Shown here: one piece after another, positions 1-12,759 of the stretch | Position numbering within the stretch: position 1 is the stretch's first letter | How the letters are laid out: every line of letters begins with the position of its first letter | From: Isurus oxyrinchus | Lineage: Eukaryota | Direction of reading: 5' to 3' | NCBI GenBank assembly: GCA_026770705.1 | Contig: JANJGN010000071.1 | Coordinates: 124,001 to 188,000 of the forward strand | DNA: 64,000 bases | The notes under the pieces: model-generated | What the model was told of the DNA's origin: nothing | Seen by the model: only the letters and a program-made list of their open reading frames with translations | Databases searched by the model: none | Program-made: the position numbers and the translations under genes

Positions 1-1343
1 CTGAAAGCTAACCCTTCGAACAATCACCGGCCCCAACTCCTCCTTATCTGATTCTGTGTGATTTTGTTTGTGTATCTGAGAGTAAGAGAGAGGTGGAGAG
101 GTTTAGTTAGAGAATTCCTGCTGGTGAAAATCTTACATCATTTACTCACCTTTCCAGTGCACATATTTCCCAGTATGTCCAATGCCCCGGTTTATAATGA
201 TGACTGCCTATGTAAACGTCACGCTGTAGTTACAGTCTCCTACCAGTGGTGGCATTGTAGCACTTAATCCTTGTGTTTCCCAGCTTTTCAAGCAACTCCA
301 CTTCCCAGTTTGCTACACAAGCTGTGAGTTCATCGGAATTCAATTATTTCTCAAACGGTAGATTTGATAATTCATTTTATTGAAAACTTCCTCAGTGCCT
401 CCCTGAAGGGTTTACACTCTCTGGGAAGCAGGAATAGGCTGGATGTTGGGGCGTTCATCTTTTCCCAGAGAGTAGGGATCCTTGAGAATGTGCTGTCAGT
501 GGGTGTGGTAGTTCCTGTTTCTCTGTCGCCTTCAAGAGGGATCTGGAGTGGTTACTGACTGGGGGAGAGATCATGGAAGCGGAGAATGATACAGCACAGG
601 AGGAGGCCATTCAGCCCACTGTGCCTGTGCCAGGTCTTTCAATGTTCTATCCAATCAGATCCACTAACCACCACTCCACTTTACCCCATCTTCCTCCTTC
701 AAGTGTTTATCCAATTTCCCTTTTGAAAGTTCCTATTGAATCTGCTTCCACCGCCATTTCAGGCAGCACCTTCCAGATCACAACAACTCGCTCTGTCGAA
801 ACAAATTCTCCTCATCTCCCCCTCCAGTTGGTCAATCTGTGTCCCTCTGGTTACCGACCCTCCTGCCCCTTAAATACATCGATACAGTTCACCTCAACCA
901 ATCCCTGTGGGAGTGAGTTCCACATTCTCCCCTCTCTCTGGGTAAAGATTGGAACTGTTTATTAAGCGGGGGGTGTAAGTCCGTGGGGGAGTCCATCTCG
1001 ATTCTGCTCGATTCGCACACGCATCCGAGATGGATTTCCACCCTGCACTAAACGTTTCCAGAATTTTCTACAGCACAATCCTGTACACAGCGATGGAGAG
1101 TAACATTGGACAGGGAGTCCAACAGCACAATGATCCATTCTCACCAATGTTCCACGCTAAGGGGAAAGTTCCGATTGTCCACTCTTAGAGTGTTTACAAT
1201 GAAAACATTCATTCCACATTGAATCCCAGTGGATGGGTCAATATTACAGCAAATGTTGCAGTGATATGAAGCTTGATTGTTCAGCCAGAGTGAGAGATTG
1301 AAAGCGGAGAGTCAGTGATGATTTCTTTCTGTGTGTTCTCTAG

Positions 1344-1483
1344 ACAGTGGAGGAGAGATTCTGCATGTGATCCTGATCCTGGGAATACGAGCTGTGATAT
1401 TCCTTGTGGCTGTGGTTATCACTATCACTGGAGTCTGTGTCTGGGAGAGACAAACAGTGAAAGGAAGTCGACAGACTGTTTGA
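1344..1483 (+). CDS. Gene A: transmembrane/terminal coding exon of an activating-type Ig-superfamily (probably Siglec-like) receptor; upstream exons lie outside the window
   Basis: Acceptor ttctctag ends at 1343. The phase-1 frame reads xSGGEILHVILILGIRAVIFLVAVVITITGVCVWERQTVKGSRQTV*, a hydrophobic helix with an internal Arg (CGA 1388-1390). Downstream sequence 2415-2780 is homologous to the 3' UTR of gene B. Confidence 0.7.
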
Positions 1484-1589
1484 AGCTTTGTAAAGCAACA
1501 ATCTGGTCAGTCAGTGCGGACAAATAACGTGTGATGTTGTGTTAAGTTGTAATCAAACTGGTCAGTGTCCTGGTTAGAATCACCTTCGT

Positions 1590-2200
1590 ATCAGAGAGGC
1601 ATTCCAGCACAGTAGGAGACCATTCAGCCCATTAAGTCTATGCTGTCTCTGTGTAGAGCAATCCACTCAGTCCCATTCCCCCGCTCTATCCCCGTATCCC
1701 TGCAAGTTTATTTCCAAGTGTCCATCCAATTTCCTTTTGAAATCGTTCATCGTCTCCACTTCCACCATCCTCGTAGGTAGCGAGTTCCAGCTCATTACCA
1801 CTCGCTGTGTAAAAAAGTTCCTCCTCACATCCCCCCACTGCCCACAACCTTCAATCTGTGTCCCCCAGTCCTTGTCCCATCAGCTAATGGCAACAGCTTC
1901 TCTTTGTCTACCGTATCTAAACCCATCATCATCTTGTACACCTCGATCAGATCCCCCCTCAATCTCCTTTGCTCCAAGGAGAACAACCCCAGCTTCTCCA
2001 ACCCAACCTTGTAGCTAAAATCCCTCATCCCTGGACCCATTCTGCTCAATCTCCTCCCCACCCTCTCAAGGACCCTCACTTCCTTCCCAAAGTGAGGAGA
2101 CCAGAACTGGACACAATACTCTAGCTGTGACCTAACCAGAGCTTTATAAATGTTCAGCATAACCTCCCTGTGTTTGTACTCAATCCCTCCATTTATGAAA
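1590..2200 (-). mobile_element. CR1-type LINE 3' fragment
   Basis: Minus-strand ORF 1825-2250 contains LNIYKALVRSQLEYCVQFWSP...LFSLEQRRLRGDLIEVYK, the typical CR1 ORF2 C-terminus. Confidence 0.9.
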
Positions 2201-2414
2201 AGCTTATTCTTTCCATCAGCACAAACAACAATTTCCAAGCGGACTCCCATCAGCAGACAGAGTGCAATGAAACATCGGCATGCCTGCTTCTTAATGTACG
2301 GAGAGAAACCTGGAATGAGATATTCTCCTTCTTCTCCTCAGCAAGCTGAAACTTTTCCTTATACCTGGTGCTCCCCAGTCCTGCTGTGTGGACACATCAT
2401 AACCACGGCATTGT

Positions 2415-2780
2415 CTGGCTGTGTGCAGCCAACATGGTCAAATAGGAATGAACAGAAATGTGACGTTGCTAAACTCTGTTCTCTGATTGGAATGTGCTTT
2501 CTGAATGCTGCACCTTTTTCATGCTGCGATAGATTGTAAGAAGCATTTGGGTTATGAATAAAATTACATTGATTAACACAAGTGATTAAAATGTTCAGCC
2601 TTTTCTGTAGATACTTATGGATTAAAATTCTTATTTTGCTGCCAGATTCTTGGCTCAAAGACATTATTTCATGTTGTCACTTTTTCCAGTCAGATGAATT
2701 CCTGTGGCCATCTTTATAATGGAAATTTTCAATGTAAACACATCACATTGCAGCTGCACACTCCTGCCAGTGGTGGTGCC
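2415..2780 (+). other. 3' UTR/flank of gene A, paralogous to the gene B 3' UTR; AATAAA at 2557-2562
   Basis: tgtgtgcagccaacatgg...ctttctgaatgctgcaccttttt aligns with 30670-30836. The segment attaaaatg...ctcctgccagtggtggtgc aligns with 32941-33140. Confidence 0.7.
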
Positions 2781-2919
2781 ATTCCAAAACAGTCTTGCTG
2801 CACCAACACAGTGAGAATTATTCTCGACATGTACATGATGTTGTTGTTACACAGACATCAGGCGGAATCTTGGGCTGTGCCTAGAATGCACTTAGGACAT
2901 TGCAGACCACGCACAGAAC

Positions 2920-3935
2920 TGACAGTGCAGCGTTTCCTCAATCCTGACCCTCGGTCAGTGCAGCGCTCCCTCATTACTGTCCCTCTGACAGTGCTGCACT
3001 ACCTCATTATTGACCCTTTTCAAGTGCAGCACCCTGTCAGCACTGACCTTCTGACAGTGCAGCACACCCTCATGGCTGACAATCTGACAGTGCAGCACTC
3101 CCTCAGTACTCATCCACCCACAGTGCAGCACTCCCTCAGTACTGATCCTCTGACACTGTATCCCTCCCTCACTACTGACCTTCCGACAGTTCAGCACTCC
3201 CACGGTACACACCTTCTGACAGTGCAGCACTCCCTCAGTACAGACTCTCTGACAGTGCAGCACTCCCTCAGTACTCACCCTCCCACAGCGCAGCCCTCTC
3301 TCAGTACTCACCCTCCCACAGTGCTGCACTCCCTCAGTACTCACCCTCCCACGGTGCTGTTCGAGTTGATTCAATCAAGACTGGTGCCCAAAGAGGGAGG
3401 TTTCAATGCTAAATCATTGAATCGGTGAAAATTATTTTTAGGCTTACGGGAACAAGACTTAGTTCCTCAAATCCTTTCTTTTGCAATAACACACAGTACA
3501 AGAATTCTGTTTAAATAAATTCCAGTTAAACTTTGCCATGAAAGGATATCTTCTCACACTCGGCTCTACCTCAGTACTAACCCTCCCACAGTCCGGCACC
3601 CCCTCAATACTGACCCTCTGACTGTGCGGAACTCACTCAATACAGACCCGCCGACAGTTCAGCACTCCCACATTACTGACCCTCTGACAGTGCAGCACTC
3701 CCTCAGTACTGAACCTCTGACCGTGCAGCACTCCCTCATTACTGACCCTCTGACAGTGCAGCACTCCCACATTACTGACCCTCTGACAGTGCAGCACTCC
3801 CTCATTACTGACCCTCTGACAGTGCAGCACTCTCCCATTACTGACCCTCTGATAGTGCAGCACTCCCACATTACTGACCCTCCCACAGTGCAGCACTCCC
3901 ACAGTAGAGTCCCGCTGACAGTGCAGCACTCCCTC
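2920..3935. repeat. 33-bp minisatellite (CTCAGTACTGACCCTCTGACAGTGCAGCACTCC), two blocks
   Basis: Directly visible tandem units at 2920-3360 and 3570-3935. The same family recurs at about 27.0, 30.1, 39.9, 42.1, 43.2, 54.2, 56.7 and 63.8 kb. Confidence 0.9.
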
Positions 3936-4149
3936 CGTAATGATAACAGGGGTCGTTGAAATGTATCATACGGCCCGAGACCTGTATTGGGGACTCTATC
4001 GCCTGAGTTTCAGCCTCTGTGGTGAGGGGGAGGAGTCTAATCCCACGGAGCCAATGGAGAAGCTTCATGACTACAGCTGCCCAAATATGAGCTGACAGAT
4101 CACACATGGTAAACGTTTTGCTGAGAGCACAAAACATCCTCGATCTTCT

Positions 4150-4301
4150 CACTGATTACCCACTTCCTCATTTTGTCTCACAGTGACACATCCACCCTTT
4201 CTAATTAAACACACAGAGGGAGCAGCACAGGAAGAGGTCATTCAGCCCAAGCAGAGCGTGTGGGCAGTTCCTCCCCAGGCGAGCAGTCGGACAGGTCCTG
4301 G
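4150..4301 (+). promoter_or_regulatory. Putative promoter and non-coding exon 1 of Siglec gene B
   Basis: ETS/PU.1-like CACTTCCTC at 4161 and CAGGAAG at about 4228. Consensus donor G|GTAAGT at 4302, and an acceptor at 4711 in front of the ATG exon. Confidence 0.45.
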
Positions 4302-4751
4302 GTAAGTAACGGAACGATTGGAATTCACTTCCACCACCAACACCGTCCTTTGTTGATGTTGTGACTTTATAAAGACAGATTCCAATGATTGATGCCTTTG
4401 AAAGATTTCTACTGATTATTGAGATCTGGGTGTGAGACTCAAGTCTGTTGTACAGAACATCTTTCTAGCTCAAGGGATGAGGGAATTGCAGAGACATGAG
4501 CTTTGGGACGTCTTGAGGTGGTGAAAGGTGCTATAGAAATGCAAATCCTTTAATGTTTTTCTTTCTTAAAGCCTTGTAACTCTCTGCAGAGCACCTATCA
4601 TCCCACAGAGAATCAAATTAGTCTGTAAAGACATTGTCCAAAAACAGTTCTGATCTCTTGAGAGCTGTCGGACAAGAGGTGAGGTCTCATTAACTCCTTT
4701 CTCTTTCACAGTTTGAGAGTCAGAAGCTTATGAAGTACCTGGGAGTGGACA

Positions 4752-4791
4752 ATGATCGGGAAATCCTACTTCCTCCTGTCACTTCTCGAAG
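4752..4791 (+). CDS. Siglec gene B signal-peptide exon
   Basis: ATG 4752, MIGKSYFLLSLLE, then phase-1 donor G|GTAATA at 4792. Acceptor ctctttcacag at 4711. Confidence 0.75.
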
Positions 4792-6179
4792 GTAATAACG
4801 TCGTCAGCTCGGACAGGTTTATGGCTAATAGTCTTTGTAAAAGATCATTCTTATTGAGTGTGATTGGGAACCGATTCAGCAGTGAGCCAGTGTACAAACT
4901 GACACCAAGTCCCATTCACCCATCACCCCTGTGCTCACTGATATACACTGACTCCCTGTCTGACAGCAGAATTGGAGGAGTGCAGAGATCTCAGAGGGAT
5001 TTAGGGTTGGAGGAGGTTACACAGATAGAGAGTGTAGAGGGGGGATGGTGGGGGTAAGAACTCGATGATGAGAATTTGAAATTTGAGTCATTGCTGGACT
5101 GGGAGTCAGTGTAGTTCAGCCAGTGACAGGGGAGCGATCCGCTGAATAGAGAATCAGGAATACCAACTGGGGGATGAGGTCTATCCTGATGCTGGGACTC
5201 GGATAACAATGCCCTGAAATTTTGTGTCTTTTGCTGATTTTGTCAGAATTTCCCATGAAGACAACACAGCAGCTCCTAGAATAGACAGGCTGTTCAGTGT
5301 CACACTTCCTGTCCATTCTCACCTTGCTAGATACTTCAATAAGGGAGCAAGATAACTGAAAGAGAGAAGGAAGGTAAAGCTGTCTGTGTGTAAAACTGTC
5401 AAATATTCTGAGTTATCATGATTGTCTCTGATCTGCTGCAGAGTTTAAAGTTCTCAGAACATTAGCACTTTGCAGCTCAGAGAGAGACCATTGACTCACT
5501 GCCTGAAAGGGCGGTGGAAGCAGATTCAACAGGAACTTTCAGAAGGGGAACTAGATAAATACTTGAAGGGGACATTTTGCAGGGCTGTGGAGGAGAGAGC
5601 AGAGGTTAGAGTGGGACTAATTGGACAGATCTTTCAAAGGCCCAGCACAGGCTCGATGGGCCAAATGGCATCCTTCATTTCCGGATCATTCTACAATCTG
5701 ATAAATTAAGCCCCACATCAGTAACTCTTCAGGCTCCTGCTGCAGGGATGGATCTTTGAGAAGGACAGGGAACAAGAGGTTCCTGGTATCATTTTCATAT
5801 TTCTTGACAATTATATAAGTGTATAGATCTGTTGAATATTTGAGTCTCTAAAGTGTAGAGGTAATCTGCTGTTATATCGAGATCTTGTGGTGGCAAAATT
5901 GTCTGGAGGTTTCTTTAATTGCTCACATTGATCTGTGGGATTGTCATTCTTCGATGTTGTCCCTGGTTTCAATTGACATTACACCCTTGATGCAACTGAG
6001 GAGGCTTTAAACTAATATGGCAGGGGATCGGATCCCGAGAGGAGGTTCAACAGAGAGAGATGCACGGCCAAAATTAGAAGAGAGAGCAAATGAAACTGGA
6101 AGGCATAGAAATTATTGGCCATTTAAGGCTCAAGATAGCGTGGCAAAGTTGGATTGTATTAATTTTAATGCAAGGAGTC

Positions 6180-8150
6180 TTTAAGACTTGCATTCTCCTG
6201 CAGGTGTAATGTTGCCGCTCCCTTGAACCTGCCAATATTGTTGAATCTGTCTGCATATTTCAATGTTATGTCATGAACTGAGCTGATGGGATAGTTTCTG
6301 AGACTGGGACAGACATAAATCCATTGGCTTTCGGCCGGACCGGACAATCATGGAAGTGGGTGGGGCCAGAAAATCCCACCCCTATGGGAACATTTTCAGT
6401 TAATTTGATGTGCCCAGAGAGAGCAATAAAGACCACAATCCACAATTTATTGGCAAGCCACGTCAGGATATGTGTGAGAGGTGGAATATCGATCACCGCT
6501 CCTAGTCTCGTCGTGTACATCATCGCCATTTCCTGGTTTGTCAGTCACCACATGTATATGTTCCTGATGGGATAGCGGATGGTCATTCTTATTGCTTGAA
6601 GGTTCCCCGTTGTGCAGGGTTTGATTGGATCAGCGCACGGCTCTTTGTAGCTGCATCAGCCTTTGCTCTCGTGCCCTGCCGCTGTCAATGGCCCTTTCTG
6701 CCACAAGCCTTGCAGGATTGGTGGAAAGCTGGGCATTTCCTTGGTGCCTGCAGAAGGCCACACCTTCCACACGTCTCACTAGGTTTGTATGTTCTAGTGA
6801 GTGTGTCAACAATTGATGTTGTACTGAGGACCTGTAAGCTTCGTTGACCTGCGAGGATCACTTCGTATTTATGTCCATCCTTGAGTAGCTCTTCAATGCT
6901 GTAGGTTTTGGTCTTATCTAGCAGATCTTTCTGGAAGGCTTCCATGGGAGTGGATGTAATCACCAACTCAACAACTCTGTCTGCAGGCTGTGTGTTTGAA
7001 ATCACAGTGCGTACCCTTTTCTCTACATCGGCTGATGAAGTGGTCTATGGATTGTGTAGGCTGATGAAATGACATAAACTCTAGTTGATGAATATGGAGT
7101 TTCACCTGATTCTGAACCTGTCTTCCAATATCGTCCGTATCTATTGGGGATCTTTTCGCTCTTCTGCTGTTAATCCTGATGTGCTCAGCCTGTGTAGACC
7201 TTCATTCCCAATCGCGAGGTGAATTTTTATGGGTGGCTCGTCTGGTTCAGTCACACCTGAATCAGGAAACCAGAGCTCTGTACGCTGTTTAAACATTCTG
7301 AATTCAGATAGTCGGTCAGCTACATCCCAGTTCAAACTGGGGAATTTCGTGGACATTCTGACAATATTCCTTTGACCTTCCTTCTCCTACAGGATCTGGG
7401 ATGAGTGTCGCTTTAGCCCCTTTCATGTGCTTTTCCGAAGCTCCGCCCACGAAGACGGGTTGTGGCAGGAACACACCACGGTGTAATGGAGTCTTTGTTT
7501 TTTATTCAATTTGCTGTTCAGCAATCTCGAAGCCGCCCGTTATAATCACTAACTTCTCTGGGCTGATTTTTACAATGGTTTTTGTGTGTTTGACTCTCCC
7601 TCGCTCACTATCGATCCAGCCCACACCCTGGTCACTCGCTTTCCCTGACTGAGCTAACCCGCTGCTGGTCCTGGCGATACACACTGTCCCACTCACTGAC
7701 CTACAGGCCGTGTGCTGTAATCTCACCACGAGGGATCCGTCTGCTCCCCAGCTCTTTACTTGAGCTCTTTCCCGTCACTGTGTCTTCAAAGGTTTCCTGA
7801 GCAGTCAGTACACTGCGATTTCAACCCTCTCTGATGCTGTGTCTCTGTTGTGGTCTGACCAAAGCGTCGAGGGTCGTCTCATGTCATGTAGCTCGATCTC
7901 AGGCTGTTCACCACGTCATACCTGTACTGAATCTTGCTGCCAGAATGTTTGGCCACCACTGATCACCATGTTATGTTTTTATAATGATATAAAGGCACCA
8001 GTCACTGATACGGCATTGGGTAAATACATTGTGGGTTCAGATATTTAGAACAGGGACATGAGAACAGATATACAAGGATAGAAAGCTGGGAGACACCTGC
8101 AGCCAAACTGTGTGAGCTGTGTTCTGCTCACAGGCCAAAGTGAAACTTGG
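6180..8150 (-). mobile_element. Degenerate Ty3/Gypsy LTR retrotransposon (gag region, PBS and LTR remnant)
   Basis: Minus-strand gag-like MSTKFPSLNWDVADRLSEFRMFKQRTELWF and Zn-knuckle CGRCG...CPA...CKACGRKGH. An LTR-end/PBS-like junction CATAACA|TGGTG lies on the minus strand near 7968. Confidence 0.8.
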
Positions 8151-10074
8151 ACTGGATGGTGTTACCATCCCAGCTGATGTTACTACTGGGCAAGTCAGAT
8201 CCCAGGGTGGAGCTCAGCTTGATAGGTCCTAACTTTTATTTTTTATTTAGGAATGTGGAGTGCGGCTACTGAACAGTGTCACAGGAGTCATCTGATGAAC
8301 GTCTAACAAAAGAATAAAATATTTATTAAACTAGGAAAGACAAACTATATGACATTACTCCTTCACCCAGACCTATACCTTTACAGATACATAAGTAGAA
8401 CACAAATTACGATAACTATCTTATATTCTCATGTTCACACTAAGTACACAGTCCGTGTAAACCAATAGACGACCTGTGGTCAGGGACACAACATTCTGAA
8501 AGCAAGTGGCAGAGCCCACTTGAAACAAATTCTATGTCTCATCTGTCCCCAGACGCTTGTTGCACTGTGAGCCAACCAGTCTCACTGAAAAGCTTCTTTC
8601 ATATGAGAGTTTCCAATCTCCACTCTCCATAACTGACTTTGGAATCTTCTCCAACATGACACTTTCACTCAGACACCTTCCACACGGGTCCACTTTCACT
8701 ATTTCAAACTCTCCTTCCCATGTTCCTGCCCCCTGGATCGCCACGTGCATTCAGCCTTCCTTCCACGCCCTGTCTCTCCAATGCTCAGCCGTGTCAATGG
8801 AACACCATGGCTTCACATGGCCGTAGTAATGAGTCACCAACCTGTGGTGTCTCCTAGGATCTTCTGGCTTCTCACAAGCCTATTTTGCTTTAGGCCTGTG
8901 TCCTGCTGCTTCTCCCTTTATGCTTGAAGCCTTCTTCTGCTCCTCACTCTTAACTTCATTTTACAGGGCCTTTTCCAGATTTGACTAGAAGGTTTTCTTG
9001 GGCCCTTTCTCCTGTCAAACTCGACAGTTTTGGCTTCTTCTTTACTTTGGGACTGACTATCTGTCCCGCTCCTTTGCTGCTTCTCCTGGCAACTCCTTTC
9101 AACAGAACTGAAAGTACTTTTCTGTTTTTCTCTGTCTCTGTGGGTCTTTCCCTCTGGATCACTGTTGCTAGGCAACAGCACAGTTTCTTATGCCTTGTAT
9201 TTGTTTTGACTTCCCTTCAACAGTCATAAAACCTCAATGGAATGCTGGCTTCTTTTTAACTCAAGTTCCCCCTTTTCTCAACACCCAAATACAGAAATAC
9301 AAACTAAACTTGAACTTAAAGATAGACATTATGCCTAACACACACAAATAAACATAGAACTTACTTAAGCGAACACCAGTTCCTAAAAATCACATGACAC
9401 ACTTCCCCTCGAGTGATGTCATGCTGCTGTCCCTGAAAGGCATATTACAAAAGTGTTATCACTTGGCAGGTGATGTGTGCCAGGCAGACCAAGTCCCTGA
9501 GAGAAACCTGGTCACACTATCATAATGATTTTGCAATTTGTATTTATTATGAGATGTGTGCACTTAATTCAGAAGCACTAACTCCACCAATACCTTCAGA
9601 GATTTAAAACAATAAATTAACATATTTGTCATCAAAATAAAAGATTTCAAGCACATGCGTAACTACAAGACTGCTATCATAACTCCTAAAATTCCTAATT
9701 AACCTGACTCCCAGTTACAGTCCCTTTAAGGCAACAGACCAAAAATAGATGTTAGATTTAAAACAAAATCAGCAAGTTAACCCAATGCCCCGGACAGTGG
9801 AATTCCAAATGCATTGTCCCCAACTTCAGTTCTGTTGGAGAGCAGACTTCTGCACAAACAGGGTCCTGAGGACCATGAACCAATGTAGAATGAACTTTTC
9901 CGCTTTTGTGTCCAGGATTCTCTTCCATCTGGTGTGATACCTTGTGGAGTTCATTGTGTGTCCTGTAGATGGTCCACACTGCAGCCACTGTGCCCGAGTG
10001 ATGGAGGGGGTGGATATCGAGTCTAGTGGATCAACAAAACATCCAGAGTTAAATATTGATATTTCTCTCCCCAG

Positions 10075-10452
10075 TTGGATTGTCACAAGAGTGGAAAGGT
10101 GACACTCCACGAGAGGTGACAGCGCAGGAAGGTTCGTGTGTACAGATTCCATGTCATTACAGTTATCCATCAGATTTGGTAAAGAAACCACAGGTCGGAA
10201 TCTGGAAAATGAGAAGATACATACAGAACAAATGGTCTAAATAGTCTATAGCCTTTCACTCCAAGGATCACAGTCGCGAGTTATCACAGTTCCACCATCG
10301 GACCCGACTGTCTGGAGACCTGAAAGATGGCGACTGTTCCCTGATTATAAACAACATCAGACGGGAAGATGCAGGACCTTATTTTTTCACGATAAAATTT
10401 GGCAATGGTCCGAGCCATAACTATTACCCTGTAACCCAGCTTCAGGTTTCTG
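10075..10452 (+). pseudogene. Dead duplicate Siglec V-set exon inside intron of gene B
   Basis: Strongly similar to 13644-14012, with intact AG and GTAAGT. In-frame TAG at 10242-10244, and the F-strand motif reads YFFT instead of YFFR. Confidence 0.88.
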
Positions 10453-10669
10453 GTAAGTGCTGTGTTATAATTACTCACCAATTCACATCCAACACTCAAT
10501 GGGAAATAATAGTGTTTGATTTGCTTGTTTTTTGGCTGTGTTAACCAGCGTCACTATTTTTAATGATTTGTCTATTTCTGCTCCCAGATCCATGAGCTTA
10601 TTGTGTGTGATTGAATCCACATCATAGCTGTAACGTAAACCGAGCTGAGGGGTGATGACACCTCCCCCC

Positions 10670-11660
10670 TGAGTGAAGTGTCTCCTCCCCACTACACCTT
10701 CCACCCCTCACACTGTCCGTGTAAACCCCCGTCCCATCTCCAGCCTCTCTTTCCCCTCCAAAGTCCTTGAAAGTGTTTCCATCTCCCGAATCCGGTTCCA
10801 TCTTTCCCGGAACTCCATGTTTGAATCCCTCCAATCAGGTTCCCACCCCAGCCACTGTGCTGAAACAGCTCTTATCAAGGTCACAAATGGCATCCTGTGT
10901 GACTGTGACAAAGGTCAACTTTCCCTCCTCGTCCTTCTCGATCTGTCTGCAGCCTTTGACACGCTCGACCACACCATCCTCCTCCAACCCCTCTCCACTG
11001 TCGTCCAGCTGGGTGGAACTGCTCTCCCCTGGCTCCATTCTTATCCATCTCATCGTAGCCAGAGAATCACTTGCAATGGCTTTGCAGCATCATCTGAACA
11101 GTATTAGTTTTCACCTGTCCACTGAGGATCCCCAGCTCTACCTCACCACCACCTCTCTCGACTCCTCCACTGCTGCTAAATTATCAGGCTGCTTATCCGA
11201 CATCCAGTACTGGATGGGCAGAAATTCCCTCCAATTAAATATTGGAAAGACTGAAGCCATTGTCTTCATTCCCCGATCCAAACTCTGTTCCCTCGCTACC
11301 AACTCCATTCCTCTCCCTGGCAGCTCTCTGAGATTGAAGCCAATCTGTTCACAGCTTTGTTGTCCCATTTGATCCTGAGATGAGCTTCCGGCCTCATATC
11401 TGCGCCCTCACTAACACCGTCTATTTCCACCTCCATAACGTCGTACGACTTCACCCTGTCTCAGCTCATCTGCTGCTGAAACCCTCATCCACGCCTTCAT
11501 TACCTCTAGACTCGACTGTTCCAACACATGCTCTACACTCCATAAACTTGAGGCCATCCAAAACTGCTGACCACGTCCTTACTCACACCAAGTCCCGTTC
11601 CCTTATCACCCGCTCTGCTCGATGACCGAGACTGGCTCCTGGTCAAGCAAAGTCTCAATG
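10670..11660 (+). mobile_element. L2-type LINE RT fragment
   Basis: ETALIKVTNGIL...LVLLDLSAAFDTLDHTILL and WMGRNSLQLNIGKTEAI motifs, frameshifted. Confidence 0.88.
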
Positions 11661-11729
11661 TCCAAATTATTGAATATTTTTCCTCCCTATTACAGTAATC
11701 TCCTCCTTTATCTTCATCCACGGCAACAT

Positions 11730-12685
11730 TCCCTATCGCAGGAGCCTCCTCCAGTCCCTACAACCCTCTCTATCTCAGGAGCCTCCTCCAGTCCCTACAA
11801 CCCTCCCTATCTCAGGAGCCTCCTCCAGTCCCTACAACCCTCCCTATCTCAGGAGACTCCTCCAGTCCCTACAACCCTCCTATCTCAGTACTCTCTTCCA
11901 ATCCCGAAAACCATTCCTATCACTGCAAACTCCTCCGGACCCAACACCCCTCCCTATCTCTTTAACCTCCTCAAGCCCCGATAACCCTCGCGATATTTGT
12001 AGCCTCCTCCAGTCCTAACAACCTCCCCTATCTCTGCAACCTCCTCCAGACCGAATACCTCTCCCTATCTCTGTAAGCTGGTCCATCTCTTACAACCCTT
12101 CATATTTCTGTAACCTCCTCCAGCCCACTACAACCCTCCCTATCTCTGTAACCTCCTCCAGTCCCTAAGAGTTTCCTTTATCTCTGTAACCTCCTCCAGC
12201 CATTATAACCCTCCCTATCTCTGTAGCCTCCCTCAGCCCCAGCCACACTCCATATCTATGTAACCTCGTCCTGCCCTTACAACCCTCCCTATCTCTGTAA
12301 CCCCATCCTGCCCCAAAAACTCCCCCATCTCTGTAAACTCCTCCAGTCCCTGCAACCTTCCCTACCTCTGAAACCTCCACCAGCCTTTCCAACCCTCCCT
12401 ACCTCTGCAATCCGTCCAGCCCCTACAACTTTTCCTATTCCTGTAAACTCCTCCTGCCCCTAAAACCCTCTCTGCCCTTGCAGCCTCCTCCAGTCCCTAC
12501 ACGCTCCCCATCGCCATAAACTCCTCAAATCCCTACAGCCCTCCCTATCTCTGCAACCTCCTCCAGGTCCTACCACCCTCCCGATCTGCGTAATGTCCTC
12601 CAGTATCTACAGCCCTCCCTATCTCTGTTACCTCCTCCAGCACCCACAAACCTCCTTATCTGTGTAACCTCCTCCAGCCCCTGAT
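11730..12685. repeat. 36-bp minisatellite (CCCTCCCTATCTCTGTAACCTCCTCCAGCCCCTACAA)
   Basis: Visible degenerate tandem units. Confidence 0.9.
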
Positions 12686-12759
12686 GGAAGGTGGGTCGAG
12701 CGGGTCAGTCACTTGCATGTTTATTCTGCAGCTTTAATATTTTAAGAAGGTAAGAATGT

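Noticed and set aside
284-357. Possible Ser/Thr-rich stalk exon of gene A (FSSNSTSQFATQAVSSSEFNYFSN)
   Set aside because: The acceptor is plausible, but there are two competing donors (324, 358) and the phase cannot be resolved without upstream exons.
2694-3959. Long ORFs with TVQHSLSTDPL / VLRECCT repeats (also at 39.8, 54.2, 56.6 and 63.6 kb)
   Set aside because: They are translations of a 33-bp minisatellite whose unit is a multiple of 3; there is no evidence of coding function.
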